Positions 11,841-22,674 of a DNA stretch of 32,638 nucleotides are shown one piece after another (positions within the stretch are counted from its first letter, which is position 1; each line of letters opens with the position of its first letter). The stretch comes from Octopus bimaculoides. Lineage: Eukaryota. Where the stretch lies: the NCBI RefSeq assembly GCF_001194135.2, contig NC_068998.1:7003519-7036156 (forward strand), written 5' to 3'. Both the position numbers and the translations under genes were made by a program. The notes beneath the pieces are model-generated. The model was given only the letters and a program-made list of their open reading frames with translations, had not been told where the DNA came from and did not search any database.

Positions 11841-12051
11841 ATATAAATGGTTTGAATAACACCTGTATTTGACTCCATTTCTTAATTTATCCATGTTATA
11901 CAAAGACATTTCATTTAACCCTGGAATTTCTACTTTTATAGGTAGTCTGTAATATCTTTGGCATTTATGTGAATTTTTGCTACTGTGGTAACTATTTATC
12001 TATTTTTCCTTGCTATTTGAACATATTGAAAAAATATACATACATACATTT

Positions 12052-12122
<71 letters not shown>

Positions 12123-12639
12123 NNNNNNNNNNNNNNNNNNNNNNNNNNNNNNNNNNNNNNNNNNNNNNNNNNNNNNNNNNNNNNNNNNNNNNNNNNNNNN
12201 NNNNNNNNNNNNNNNNNNNNNNNNNNNNNNNNNNNNNNNNNNNNNNNNNNNNNNNNNNNNNNNNNNNNNNNNNNNNNNNNNNNNNNNNNNNNNNNNNNNN
12301 NNNNNNNNNNNNNNNNNNNNNNNNNNNNNNNNNNNNNNNNNNNNNNNNNNNNNNNNNNNNNNNNNNNNNNNNNNNNNNNNNNNNNNNNNNNNNNNNNNNN
12401 NNNNNNNNNNNNNNNNNNNNNNNNNNNNNNNNNNNNNNNNNNNNNNNNNNNNNNNNNNNNNNNNNNNNNNNNNNNNNNNNNNNNNNNNNNNNNNNNNNNN
12501 NNNNNNNNNNNNNNNNNNNNNNNNNNNNNNNNNNNNNNNNNNNNNNNNNNNNNNNNNNNNNNNNATATATATATATATACACTCATATATATTTTTGTAA
12601 GTATAAAATCTGCATACCTCTTCAAAGCCATGTTGAGCC

Positions 12640-12775
12640 AATATGTCATAGTGCTCAACCTGGTACATACTTTATCGACCCCTAAAAGGATGAAAGGTAA
12701 AGATGAGCTCAGTGGAATTTGAACTCAGAATAGGAAAATGGACAACATACTGCCAAGCATTTCCTTCACCTTCTT
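12640..12775 (-). mobile_element. SINE family B, partial
   Basis: CTGGTACATACTTTATCGACCCCTAAAAGGATGAAAGGTAAAG...GGAATTTGAACTCAGAA is the reverse complement of the family B body and B-box. Confidence 0.75.
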
Positions 12776-13753
12776 ATGGTTCTGTGAGCTTGCCATCTAT
12801 TTCTAGTTTCTAGTTATTTCTAGCCTTATCTACTTTGAGCTTCAGTGTTAAAAATGTTCTTAAAATTTTTATGATTAAATATGAATTTGTGCAGAGAAAG
12901 AAGCATGTTCTAGTTTCTTAGTTTTCATGTGGGTAGATGAGGATGAAGATGTAGATGTAAATAGGAATTAATGAAAAATGAATAAGGAGCACTAGGGGTG
13001 TCAGGTAATGTGAGAAAAATTTAAAATTGGAATTGAATTGATAATTGAGAAAAATTCTTCATAAATATGAGAGAAGAAAAAAGAACGAAATAAAAATGAA
13101 AATTTAGTGTAAAAAATAATTGGATATGTATATTTATATTCTGCGACAATATTGGAGCAACAGTGGATGAGATGTGCTGTGTTAAGAAGACATATTGTCA
13201 AGGATGGTGGGAGGGGGTAGGGGTCAGTCAAGATAGGGAAAAGGCAGGCAGAAAAATGTGTTTGAGAGAATAGTTAGGGCTGTGAGCTCAGATAGAGGAA
13301 TATATACATACATACATACATACATACACACACATGTATGTATAAATAGATAAATAGAAAGATAAATATATGTGCATATGTATGTGTATATAAGTGTGTA
13401 TATGTATGTGTGCACTTGCAAATATATATCTATATATCTATATATATATATATATACGCACATATCTGTATAACATGTATATATGTATATATATATTGGT
13501 AGATAGTTGCTAGATAATTCTTCTAACACACACACACACACACATGCATGTCTATGAGTGTGTTCGTGTGTATGTGTATTTATCTACATCTGTATCAGTC
13601 TCTCCATGTATCTATCTATATATATGTACGTATATGTATGAATGTATACATGTATGTAAGTATAAGCATATATATAAATATATATATTTGTGTGTGTGTG
13701 TGCTCACGCATATGTATATATGTATACATATATATATGTATATACATACATAC

Positions 13754-13792
<39 letters not shown>

Positions 13793-14508
13793 NNNNNNNN
13801 NNNNNNNNNNNNNNNNNNNNNNNNNNNNNNNNNNNNNNNNNNNNNNNNNNNNNNNNNNNNNNNNNNNNNNNNNNNNNNNNNNNNNNNNNNNNNNNNNNNN
13901 NNNNNNNNNNNNNNNNNNNNNNNNNNNNNNNNNNNNNNNNNNNNNNNNNNNNNNNNNNNNNNNNNNNNNNNNNNNNNNNNNNNNNNNNNNNNNNNNNNNN
14001 NNNNNNNNNNNNNNNNNNNNNNNNNNNNNNNNNNNNNNNNNNNNNNNNNNNNNNNNNNNNNNNNNNNNNNNNNNNNNNNNNNNNNNNNNNNNNNNNNNNN
14101 NNNNNNNNNNNNNNNNNNNNNNNNNNNNNNNNNNNNNNNNNNNNNNNNNNNNNNNNNNNNNNNNNNNNNNNNNNNNNNNNNNNNNNNNNNNNNNNNNNNN
14201 NNNNNNNNNNNNNNNNNNNNNNNNNNNNNNNNNNNNNNNNNNNNNNNNNNNNNNNNNNNNNNNNNNNNNNNNNNNNNNNNNNNNNNNNNNNNNNNNNNNN
14301 NNNNNNNNNNNNNNNNNNNNNNNNNNNNNNNNNNNNNNNNNNNNNNNNNNNNNNNNNNNNNNNNNNNNNNNNNNNNNNNNNNNNNNNNNNNNNNNNNNNN
14401 NNNNNNNNNNNNNNNNNNNNNNNNNNNNNNNNNNNNNNNNNNNNNNNNNNNNNNNNNNNNNNNNNNNNNNNNNNNNNNNNNNNNNNNNNNNNNNNNNNNN
14501 NNNNNNAC

Positions 14509-15230
14509 CCATCAGAAACCTCCAAAAACATATCGAAACAAATACACATAACTGCTGAATATGTGATGATAAGAGAAAGTGACAATAAATCATATTGTCT
14601 CTGGCTGCCCACTCCTGGTCGAGAAGGAAAACATCTATAGATGTGACAGATTGGGACTTATGCACACTCTGGGAGCTGTGCCAGAGTTGTGAAATGGCAG
14701 CAGATAAATAATGGTGTATGCATATCCTAGAAAAAAGGTATCAGAAAATGACAAGGCGACCATATTCTGTGATACACGAATGCACACAGAAGGATCAGGG
14801 CTAAAGGCCAGATACTGCTGTCAGCGATCAGCAAGGGAAACAAATGCCTTCAAATTGACATATCAGTTCCAATGGATGACAGCGTATCTCTAAAAGAAAT
14901 GATGAAACTCTTGAAGTACAAAGATCTGGGAATGGGGCCTTCTCAAATGAGAAGCTTGAAGACAGAAATAATCACTATAGTGGTAGGTGCATTCGGTATG
15001 ATTAAAAAATATACAGACATATGCATTACCAAAACACCGGGACTTATGAATATATACAGCACCACTAGGCACCACATATATCCTGTATAGAGCACTAGTA
15101 GGCACCACATATATCCTGTATAGAGCATTTTCCATGCAGTAAAAATGGCAGCACCAAAGCAAACCACAGCACATAACCAAGATACACAGAGTTGTGCACG
15201 GCAGTGCAGTGAAAGCATGTAACAATAACA
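14509..15230 (+). mobile_element. 3' portion of an RLE-type non-LTR retrotransposon (R4/Dong-like), decayed
   Basis: With frameshifts and stops: IRNLQKHIE...C*IC...TINHIVSGCPLL (CCHC-like knuckle), YPRKKVSENDKATIFCD, IDISVPMDDSVSLKEMMKLLKYKDL, TEIITIVVGAFGMIKK, LGTTYILYRA, with a stop at 15140-15142. The 5' part is lost in the N-gap. Confidence 0.85.
15066..15127 (+). repeat. 29-bp exact direct repeat, period 33
   Basis: TAGGCACCACATATATCCTGTATAGAGCA at 15066-15094 and 15099-15127. It duplicates the terminal GTTYILYRA motif of the LINE ORF. Confidence 0.92.
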
Positions 15231-15232
15231 AC

Positions 15233-15428
15233 CCTTTCTTCTAAATTTTGTGGGAGGGATAGAGTAGATTACACTGACCCCAGTACACAACTGGCATTTA
15301 TTTTATCGTCCCTGAAAGGATGAACGGCTGAGTCTATCTCGGGAGAATTTGAACTCAGAATGTGAAGATGGATGGAATACCAAAAAGCATTTTGTTCAAT
15401 GTGCTGACAGTTCAACTAGCTGGCCACC
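15233..15428 (-). mobile_element. SINE family B
   Basis: CCCCAGTACACAACTGGCATTTATTTTATCGTCCCTGAAAGGATGAA...GAATTTGAACTCAGAATG...CTAGCTGGCCACC. Confidence 0.8.
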
Positions 15429-15477
<49 letters not shown>

Positions 15478-15478
<1 letters not shown>

Positions 15479-15665
15479 TCTTTCTACTGGAAGCACAAAG
15501 CCTCAAATTGAGGGGAAGGGATTAAATTGATTACATCGACCCCAGGGCATAAGTGGTACTTATTTAATTGACCCTGAAAAGATAAAAGGCAAAGTCGACC
15601 TTGGCGGAATTTGTACTCAAAGTGTAGCGACAGGTGAAATACTGCTAAACATTTAGCCCGGCATA
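15478..15665 (-). mobile_element. SINE family B, second tandem copy
   Basis: GATTACATCGACCCCAG...GGTACTTATTTAATTGACCCTGAAAAGATAAAAGGCAAAGTCGACCTTGGCGGAATTTG. Separated from the previous copy by (AAT)n. Confidence 0.82.
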
Positions 15666-15680
15666 CCCTTATTTATAGTT

Positions 15681-15924
15681 GTATATATATATAATAATAT
15701 TAGGGATAAAAATCCAAATTCACAGGTAAAAACTCAATTAAATAAAATTTTTCTATATGTGATTGTTGATTTTCATGGATGAGTTCATGAACTTTTGTTC
15801 TTTTCTCTAAATTATATATATATGTGTATATATATATAATAATATTAGGGATAAAAATCCAAATTCACAGGTAAAAACTCAATTAAATAAAATTTTTCTA
15901 TATGTGATTGTTGATTTTCATGGA
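15681..15924. repeat. 99-bp exact direct repeat, period 145, ending at a 10-N gap
   Basis: 15681-15779 is identical to 15826-15924. Confidence 0.9.
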
Positions 15925-15947
15925 NNNNNNNNNNTATATATATATAT

Positions 15948-16061
15948 CATCATCATCATCATCATTGTTTAACATCCGCTTTCCATGCTAGCATGGGTTA
16001 GACGATTTGACTGAGGACTGGTGAACCAGGTGGCTACACCAGGCTCCAATCTGATTTGGCA
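15948..16061 (-). mobile_element. 3' tail of an RTE-like LINE/SINE family with palindrome CCATGCTAGCATGG and (GAT)n tail
   Basis: Minus strand ...CAGTCCTCAGTCAAATCGTCTAACCCATGCTAGCATGGAAAGCGGATGTTAAACAATGATGATG. The same tail occurs at 20935-21000 (+) and, truncated, at 22674-22700 (+). RTE affinity is inferred. Confidence 0.7.
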
Positions 16062-16740
16062 TATATATATATACACGCACACATATATCAAGATGAGATG
16101 GTCACTTCTAGAATGCATTTGATCTTAAGTTTGCTCACTCAGGACTGACCTAGGGTTAATAGACAACAACAACAAGAGCACCAACAGCACCACCACCACC
16201 ACCACTACCACCACCACCAGCAACGATGACATCTATGGTCAAAGCCTTCTCTTGCCTGTTTCATCTTGCTTCTCAGTACGACCACATGGGAATTAGATGA
16301 TAAAACTCAAGCTTACAACACGGCCATCATCCTTTATATAGAGACTGAAGTCAGAAGCAGTCTCTCATAATATTATTGTAGGAAAAACTTCCTACTGACT
16401 ACCTCCTGATGTCTAGATTTATAGCTATATTGAACTTCAAACATACTTCCACTAATTATTATGACATAGCGAAACATTTTGCTGGTGATTGATGTTGAAT
16501 TGTGAATTATCGGCAATCATGGATAAAAGATAAATGCACAAAAGCTAATTATTTTTGATGGGTGAAAACCTGTGAGCTACATTTGTAATAAATAACATTT
16601 GCACATGATGACACGAAATTCTTCTGCTTTATATAGCAAATTCATATTGCACACACACACAGACACACATACACACACAGACACAGAAACAGACACAGGG
16701 ACAAACATACACACACACACACATACATCCATTTATATAC

Positions 16741-16776
<36 letters not shown>

Positions 16777-17606
16777 GAATGCATACATTTGTGTGTATAT
16801 ATATATATATATGTACATATAGATAGATAGATAACAAGATATGTGTACAAATATATATAAATAAATATATATGTATGCATATATGTGTATATGTGTGTAT
16901 ATATATGTGTGTGTGTGTATATATACGTATTTATATATGTGTGCGTGTGGATATATATAGATATGTGTATATATGTTAGTATGTATGTATGTAATATTTT
17001 TATGTGTGTATGCAAATCATATCAGTGTTATTTTATTTATTCCATTGAAAATATTTTCCTTTCAAATGTGATGTGAAATTATGTTGTGTGTGTGCATGTG
17101 TGTCTAATATACACACGCACTAACGTCTGATGTGCATGTGGATTTGTGGTGCATGTGTGTGTGTGTATGTGTGTGTGTAATAATTTAGAGCTAGATTGGC
17201 AGAAGGGCTTCATTACATTATTTCCAATGGTTTCTGGTGACGGTGTTTGAGGACATTCTGACATTGTAACCTTGTGTATGCCGGTTGCTTTGGAGGAAGA
17301 CACATCACTGTCATTACTATCAACACCATCATTTTCATCTCAGCATCATCATCATTAGCATCACCACCACCACCACCAACATGGATTGCATGCTTTGCTG
17401 TATTGTAAGCTCATCTCCCCTCATTCTAATCCTGAATCAATCTGTTCTGTGAGACCCAGCATTCTAAAAACAAGAGAAAAAACAAGGGACCATCTCCCCA
17501 ATTACTCACCTGAGTCTTCTTTGGTCTCATTTACTCTGCCACGGGCATCTCCCACTCCACACTCTGTACCTATTCATCTGTTATAACATTAATTACCAGA
17601 ACAAAA

Positions 17607-17818
17607 GAGGCAAGCTGGCAAAATCATTAGTACACTGGGCAAAATGCTTAGCGCTATTTTGTCTCTTTACGTTCTGAGTTCAAATTCCACCGAGGTTGAC
17701 TTTGCCTTTCATCCTTTCGGGGTCAATAAAATAAGTACCAGTTGTGTACTAGGGTTGATCTAATTGACTGGCTCCCTCCCCCAAAATTTCAGGCATTGTG
17801 CCTAGAGTAAAAAAGAAT
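17607..17818 (+). mobile_element. tRNA-derived SINE, family B, near full length
   Basis: GAGGCAAGCTGGCAAAATCATTAG (A-box-like)...CTGAGTTCAAATTCC (B-box)...GACTTTGCCTTTCATCCTTTCGGGGTCAATAAAATAAGTACCAG...AAATTTCAGGCATTGTGCCTAGAGTAAAAAAGAAT. Confidence 0.85.
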
Positions 17819-18018
17819 CATTAGCTCACCAGGTGTAATGCTTAGCTGCATTTTGTTCATCCTTATGTTCTGAGTTCAAAATCCACCAAAGTCATCTTTG
17901 CCTTTCATCCTTTAAGGGTTGATTAAATAAGTACCAGTTACATACTGGTATCGATGTAATCGACTTCATCCCTTCCCCCACCAAATTTCAGGCCTTGTGC
18001 CTACAGTAGAAAGGATTA
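17815..18018 (+). mobile_element. SINE family B, head-to-tail second copy, 5'-truncated
   Basis: Starts at GAATCATTAG, overlapping the previous copy's 3' end, and runs to AAATTTCAGGCCTTGTGCCTACAGTAGAAAGGATT. Confidence 0.85.
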
Positions 18019-18702
18019 ATTTCCTGAACAACTCATCACCTGGTGGCCATTGGGCTTAACTGGTGCTTTAGCCCCGAGTAATGCTTTCAGTAGATTCCAT
18101 TCTGTTGTAAAGTATTCAAGCCAAGCACGAACCAAGTGATTAACTCGGTCACTGAATGTAAAATGATATTCTGTGGCCAAGATACCGATCATGTGATTCA
18201 TAAATATTCATGATTTATGATACTTTTTGAAAACCACAGACTAAACAAACAAACTAATAGCCTCTAAGAAATTATAATACATAAAATGTTTAATTAATAG
18301 TCAATTGTTTTGTTCTTATATACATAAATATTTTAGTAAACAAAACAACCTGACAGATTTCCATATGAAATATTCTGCTCTGTTGTTTACATCAAATATA
18401 ACTAATAGCAAATCTTATCGATAAAGTTCATATTTCTTTTTAACGGTAATTCATATACTGGTACTGAAATAGCTGTGTGGCTAAGAAATTTCAGAAATTC
18501 ATTTTGCCATCTTGTGGTTGCATGTTTGATTCTGTTAGACGATAATTTCAGAGACTCATAGTATGGCTGTTCTTCTTATTCCCAACTCTCACCTGTCTCC
18601 AAAAAAGGTAATATTTTTCTCATTGTCAGACAAGTTCTTGAGGAATATTGGAAAAGAATGATACTCTTTGTATGTACGATGGTGATGATCATTTATAACT
18701 AT

Positions 18703-18870
18703 AGGCGCAGGAGTGGCTGTGTGGTAAGTAGCTTGCTAACCAACCACATGGTTTCGAGTTAAGTTCAACTGTGTGGCACCTTAGGTAAGTGTATTTTACT
18801 ATAGCCTTGGGCCAACCAAAGCCTTGTGAGTGGATCTGGTAGACAGAAACTGAAAGAAGCCCATTGTATA
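18703..18870 (+). mobile_element. tRNA-derived SINE, family A, 5' half
   Basis: GGCGCAGGAGTGGCTGTGTGGTAAG (A-box-like)...GAGTTAAGTTC...GGCACCTTAGGTAAGTG...GGAAACTGAAAGAAGCCCATTG-type end, then (TA)n and a gap. Confidence 0.88.
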
Positions 18871-19265
18871 TATATATATATNNNNNNNNNNNNNNNNNNN
18901 NNNNNNNNNNNNNNNNNNNNNNNNNNNNNNNNNNNNNNNNNNNNNNNNNNNNNNNNNNNNNNNNNNNNNNNNNNNNNNNNNNNNNNNNNNNNNNNNNNNN
19001 NNNNNNNNNNNNNNNNNNNNNNNNNNNNNNNNNNNNNNNNNNNNNNNNNNNNNNNNNNNNNNNNNNNNNNNNNNNNNNNNNNNNNNNNNNNNNNNNNNNN
19101 NNNNNNNNNNNNNNNNNNNNNNNNNNNNNNNNNNNNNNNNNNNNNNNNNNNNNNNNNNNNNNNNNNNNNNNNNNNNNNNNNNNNNNNNNNNNNNNNNNNN
19201 NNNNNNNNNNNNNNNNNNNNNNNNNNNNNNNNNNNNNNNNNNNNNNNNNNNNNNNNNNNNNNNNN

Positions 19266-19322
<57 letters not shown>

Positions 19323-19335
19323 ATCCATGTGTATA

Positions 19336-19492
19336 ACGGCTTCTTTCAGTTTCTATCTACCAAATCCACTCAGAAGAGTTTGGTCAACCAGGGGCAATGG
19401 TAGAGGACAGTTGTCAAAGGAGACATGCAGCAAGACTGAACCCAGAACTATGTGGTTCAGAAGCAAACTTCTTATCGCCGAGCAACACCTAC
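19336..19492 (-). mobile_element. SINE family A, 5' half, convergent with the 18703 copy
   Basis: ACGGCTTCTTTCAGTTTCTATCTACCAAATCCACTCA...AGACTGAACCCAGAACTATGTGGTTCAGAAGCAAACTTCTTA. Confidence 0.8.
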
Positions 19493-20161
19493 AACCACCA
19501 TACATACATACATACATACATACATACATACATACATACATACATACATACATACTTACATACATACGTACATAAATACATGCATACAAACGCACGCACA
19601 GATACATGCATATATAGATGTATATGTGCTTGTGTGTCATTATGTGTGTGTATATGATTGTGTGTATGAGCATGTGCGTGGGTGTGTGCGTGCGTGCATG
19701 TGTATGTGTGTGTGGTTTAGTCAAAATGGCTTATAATAAGCTATAAACGCTAGGATGAAGCAGCTAACATTTAAATTGGCCGTTCAGTGCTCTAAAGATT
19801 TCTCTACAAGACATATTCCTGTTGGAAAGATAATATTAGATATTTTACATGACTAACAGTTCTGGAGACTTCCATGGCATTATGAGATTCATGAAGTACC
19901 TTCAGTAAAGTAAGAAAACAAATAAATAAACAACCTTGCCCTCACCTAATAACCTATTACGATTCTTTTGAATTTTAATTGATGCTAAAGATCATGAAAG
20001 TAGCATTTATGGCTGACCTTTAGGTTCGTATATTTCATTTTGTTCCGCTTAAACATGATTCCACAATTACACATTTACGCATACATACTCACCATTGCAT
20101 GGCCATAAACTCACACACAGAAGCATATAAATGTATATATATGTGTGTATATATATACATG

Positions 20162-20237
<76 letters not shown>

Positions 20238-20513
20238 CACATATGTATATAGATGTCTATATATACATATACATACACACACACACACATATGTATATAG
20301 ATGTATATATATATATATATACATATACTTATATACGTATACATGCACACACACACACACACACTGAATGTGACTAGGCTGTTAGGAAACACCTACATTG
20401 CTAGAAATAAGAGCTAAACCACTCTAATACTGTAGGTAATGCACATGAATGAAAACATATACACTAACAGGTTAACAGGGACCATTATTGTCCGCAAAGT
20501 ACCAATCAAGAAT

Positions 20514-20567
20514 TCTTAAAACTGATGCACCAGTTTCAGCAATTTCCGTTGCTTCATCAGTTAAAGA
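20514..20567 (-). ncRNA. Type I hammerhead ribozyme, intact core, complete three-stem fold
   Basis: Minus strand: UCUUUAA-CUGAUGA-AGCAA CGGAAA UUGCU-GAA-ACUGG UGCA UCAGU-U-UUAAGA. Stem II 5 bp (A10.1-U11.1); stem III 5 bp with a tetraloop; stem I 5 bp, or 6 bp with one bulge; triplet GUU (U17 at 20520). Confidence 0.8.
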
Positions 20568-20934
20568 CAGCACAATTGTTTAGCTCTTATATATATATNN
20601 NNNNNNNNNNNNNNNNNNNNNNNNNNNNNNNNNNNNNNNNNNNNNNNNNNNNNNNNNNNNNNNNNNNNNNNNNNNNNNNNNNNNNNNNNNNNNNNNNNNN
20701 NNNNNNNNNNNNNNNNNNNNNNNNNNNNNNNNNNNNNNNNNNNNNNNNNNNNNNNNNNNNNNNNNNNNNNNNNNNNNNNNNNNNNNNNNNNNNNNNNNNN
20801 NNNNNNNNNNNNNNNNNNNNNNNNNNNNNNNNNNNNNNNNNNNNNNNNNTATATTAGATGAAATGGACAACAAAAACCAAGGCACGACGAGTATCTCAAG
20901 TCATTTGTAATTATTTTGGGTAAGGTGAAGTTAA

Positions 20935-21000
20935 AGTCCTCAGTTAAACCGTCCAACCCATGCTAGCATGGAAAGCAGATGCTAAACGATGATGATGATG
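20935..21000 (+). mobile_element. 3' tail of the RTE-like palindrome family
   Basis: AGTCCTCAGTTAAACCGTCCAACCCATGCTAGCATGGAAAGCAGATGCTAAACGATGATGATG. Confidence 0.72.
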
Positions 21001-21069
21001 GAGCTGATGATGATGATGATACACACTTGTACTTTTATTAAAGCTGCAAAATTATCACAAAAAGGCGAG

Positions 21070-21101
<32 letters not shown>

Positions 21102-22639
21102 CCACGATGATGATAATGATGATGATGATGAGGAGGAGGAGGAAGAGGAGGAGGGGATGATGATGGTGATGATGATAATGATGAGAATGAAATACACTAT
21201 CATTCAAAGTAACTTTTGCAGAAAAACAAATCATGAAAAAAAACATATATAACTGAGGAAAATAAAAAAAATAGCAGAAAAAAAAATTCTAGTTTTATTT
21301 TCCTTCTCTACGGCTGCAAGCACATGAAAAAGCCATATATTCTATGTGATAGCCATTAATATTAGTTACTTAATCCAAATCTAATTACCAGAAGATGTTT
21401 AAGTCAAGTCCACTGAAATTCACTGTAACTTGACTACACAACCAACACATAAATTGCAATTAAAAACACACACACACAAAAAAAAAAACACTGAAAAAAA
21501 AAAATTCACAAATAAATATTTCTCACTTTTTTTTCATTTTCATTTTCTTCTGTCGTCTTAAAACCTGTTAATTCTATACGCATTGTCTGATAGAATTTGA
21601 TTAATTTAAAAACTCATTAGTATTTAGTATCAGAATACAAGAACACCATCATATATGCAGCTTCTTTTAATTTGAGTTTGATAATTTACATCTTTATATA
21701 NNNNNNNNNNNNNNNNNNNNNNNNNNNNNNNNNNNNNNNNNNNNNNNNNNNNNNNNNNNNNNNNNNNNNNNNNNNNNNNNNNNNNNNNNNNNNNNNNNNN
21801 NNNNNNNNNNNNNNNNNNNNNNNNNNNNNNNNNNNNNNNNNNNNNNNNNNNNNNNNNNNNNNNNNNNNNNNNNNNNNNNNNNNNNNNNNNNNNNNNNNNN
21901 NNNNNNNNNNNNNNNNNNNNNNNNNNNNNNNNNNNNNNNNNNNNNNNNNNNNNNNNNNNNNNNNNNNNNNNNNNNNNNNNNNNNNNNNNNNNNNNNNNNN
22001 NNNNNNNNNNNNNNNNNNNNNNNNNNNNNNNNNNNNNNNNNNNNNNNNNNNNNNNNNNNNNNNNNNNNNNNNNNNNNNNNNNNNNNNNNNNNNNNNNNNN
22101 NNNNNNNNNNNNNNNNNNNNNNNNNNNNNNNNNNNNNNNNNNNNNNNNNNNNNNNNNNNNNNNNNNNNNNNNNNNNNNNNNNNNNNNNNNNNNNNNNNNN
22201 NNNNNNNNNNNNNNNNNNNNNNNNNNNNNNNNNNNNNNNNNNNNNNNNNNNNNNNNNNNNNNNNNNNNNNNNNNNNNNNNNNNNNNNNNNNNNNNNNNNN
22301 NNNNNNNNNNNNNNNNNNNNNNNNNNNNNNNNNNNNNNNNNNNNNNNNNNNNNNNNNNNNNNNNNNNNNNNNNNNNNNNNNNNNNNNNNNNNNNNNNNNN
22401 NNNNNNNNNNNNNNNNNNNNNNNNNNNNNNNNNNNNNNNNNNNNNNNNNNNNNNNNNNNNNNNNNNNNNNNNNNNNNNNNNNNNNNNNNNNNNNNNNNNN
22501 NNNNNNNNNNNNNNNNNNNNNNNNNNNNNNNNNNNNNNNNNNNNNNNNNNNNNNNNNNNNNNNNNNNNNNNNNNNNNNNNNNNNNNNNNNNNNNNNNNNN
22601 NNNNNNNNNNNNNNNNNNNNNNNNNNNNNNNNNNNNNNN

Positions 22640-22674
<35 letters not shown>

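Noticed and set aside
17510-17570. Minus-strand mini-exon ending at a CAG|GTGAGT donor
   Set aside because: Good donor, but no polypyrimidine acceptor and an unrecognisable peptide.
20478-20590. Coding exon (GPLLSAKYQSRILKTDAPVSAISV... or minus-strand TDEATEIAETGASVLRILDWYF)
   Set aside because: No usable donor/acceptor pair, and the unusual composition is explained by the hammerhead fold.
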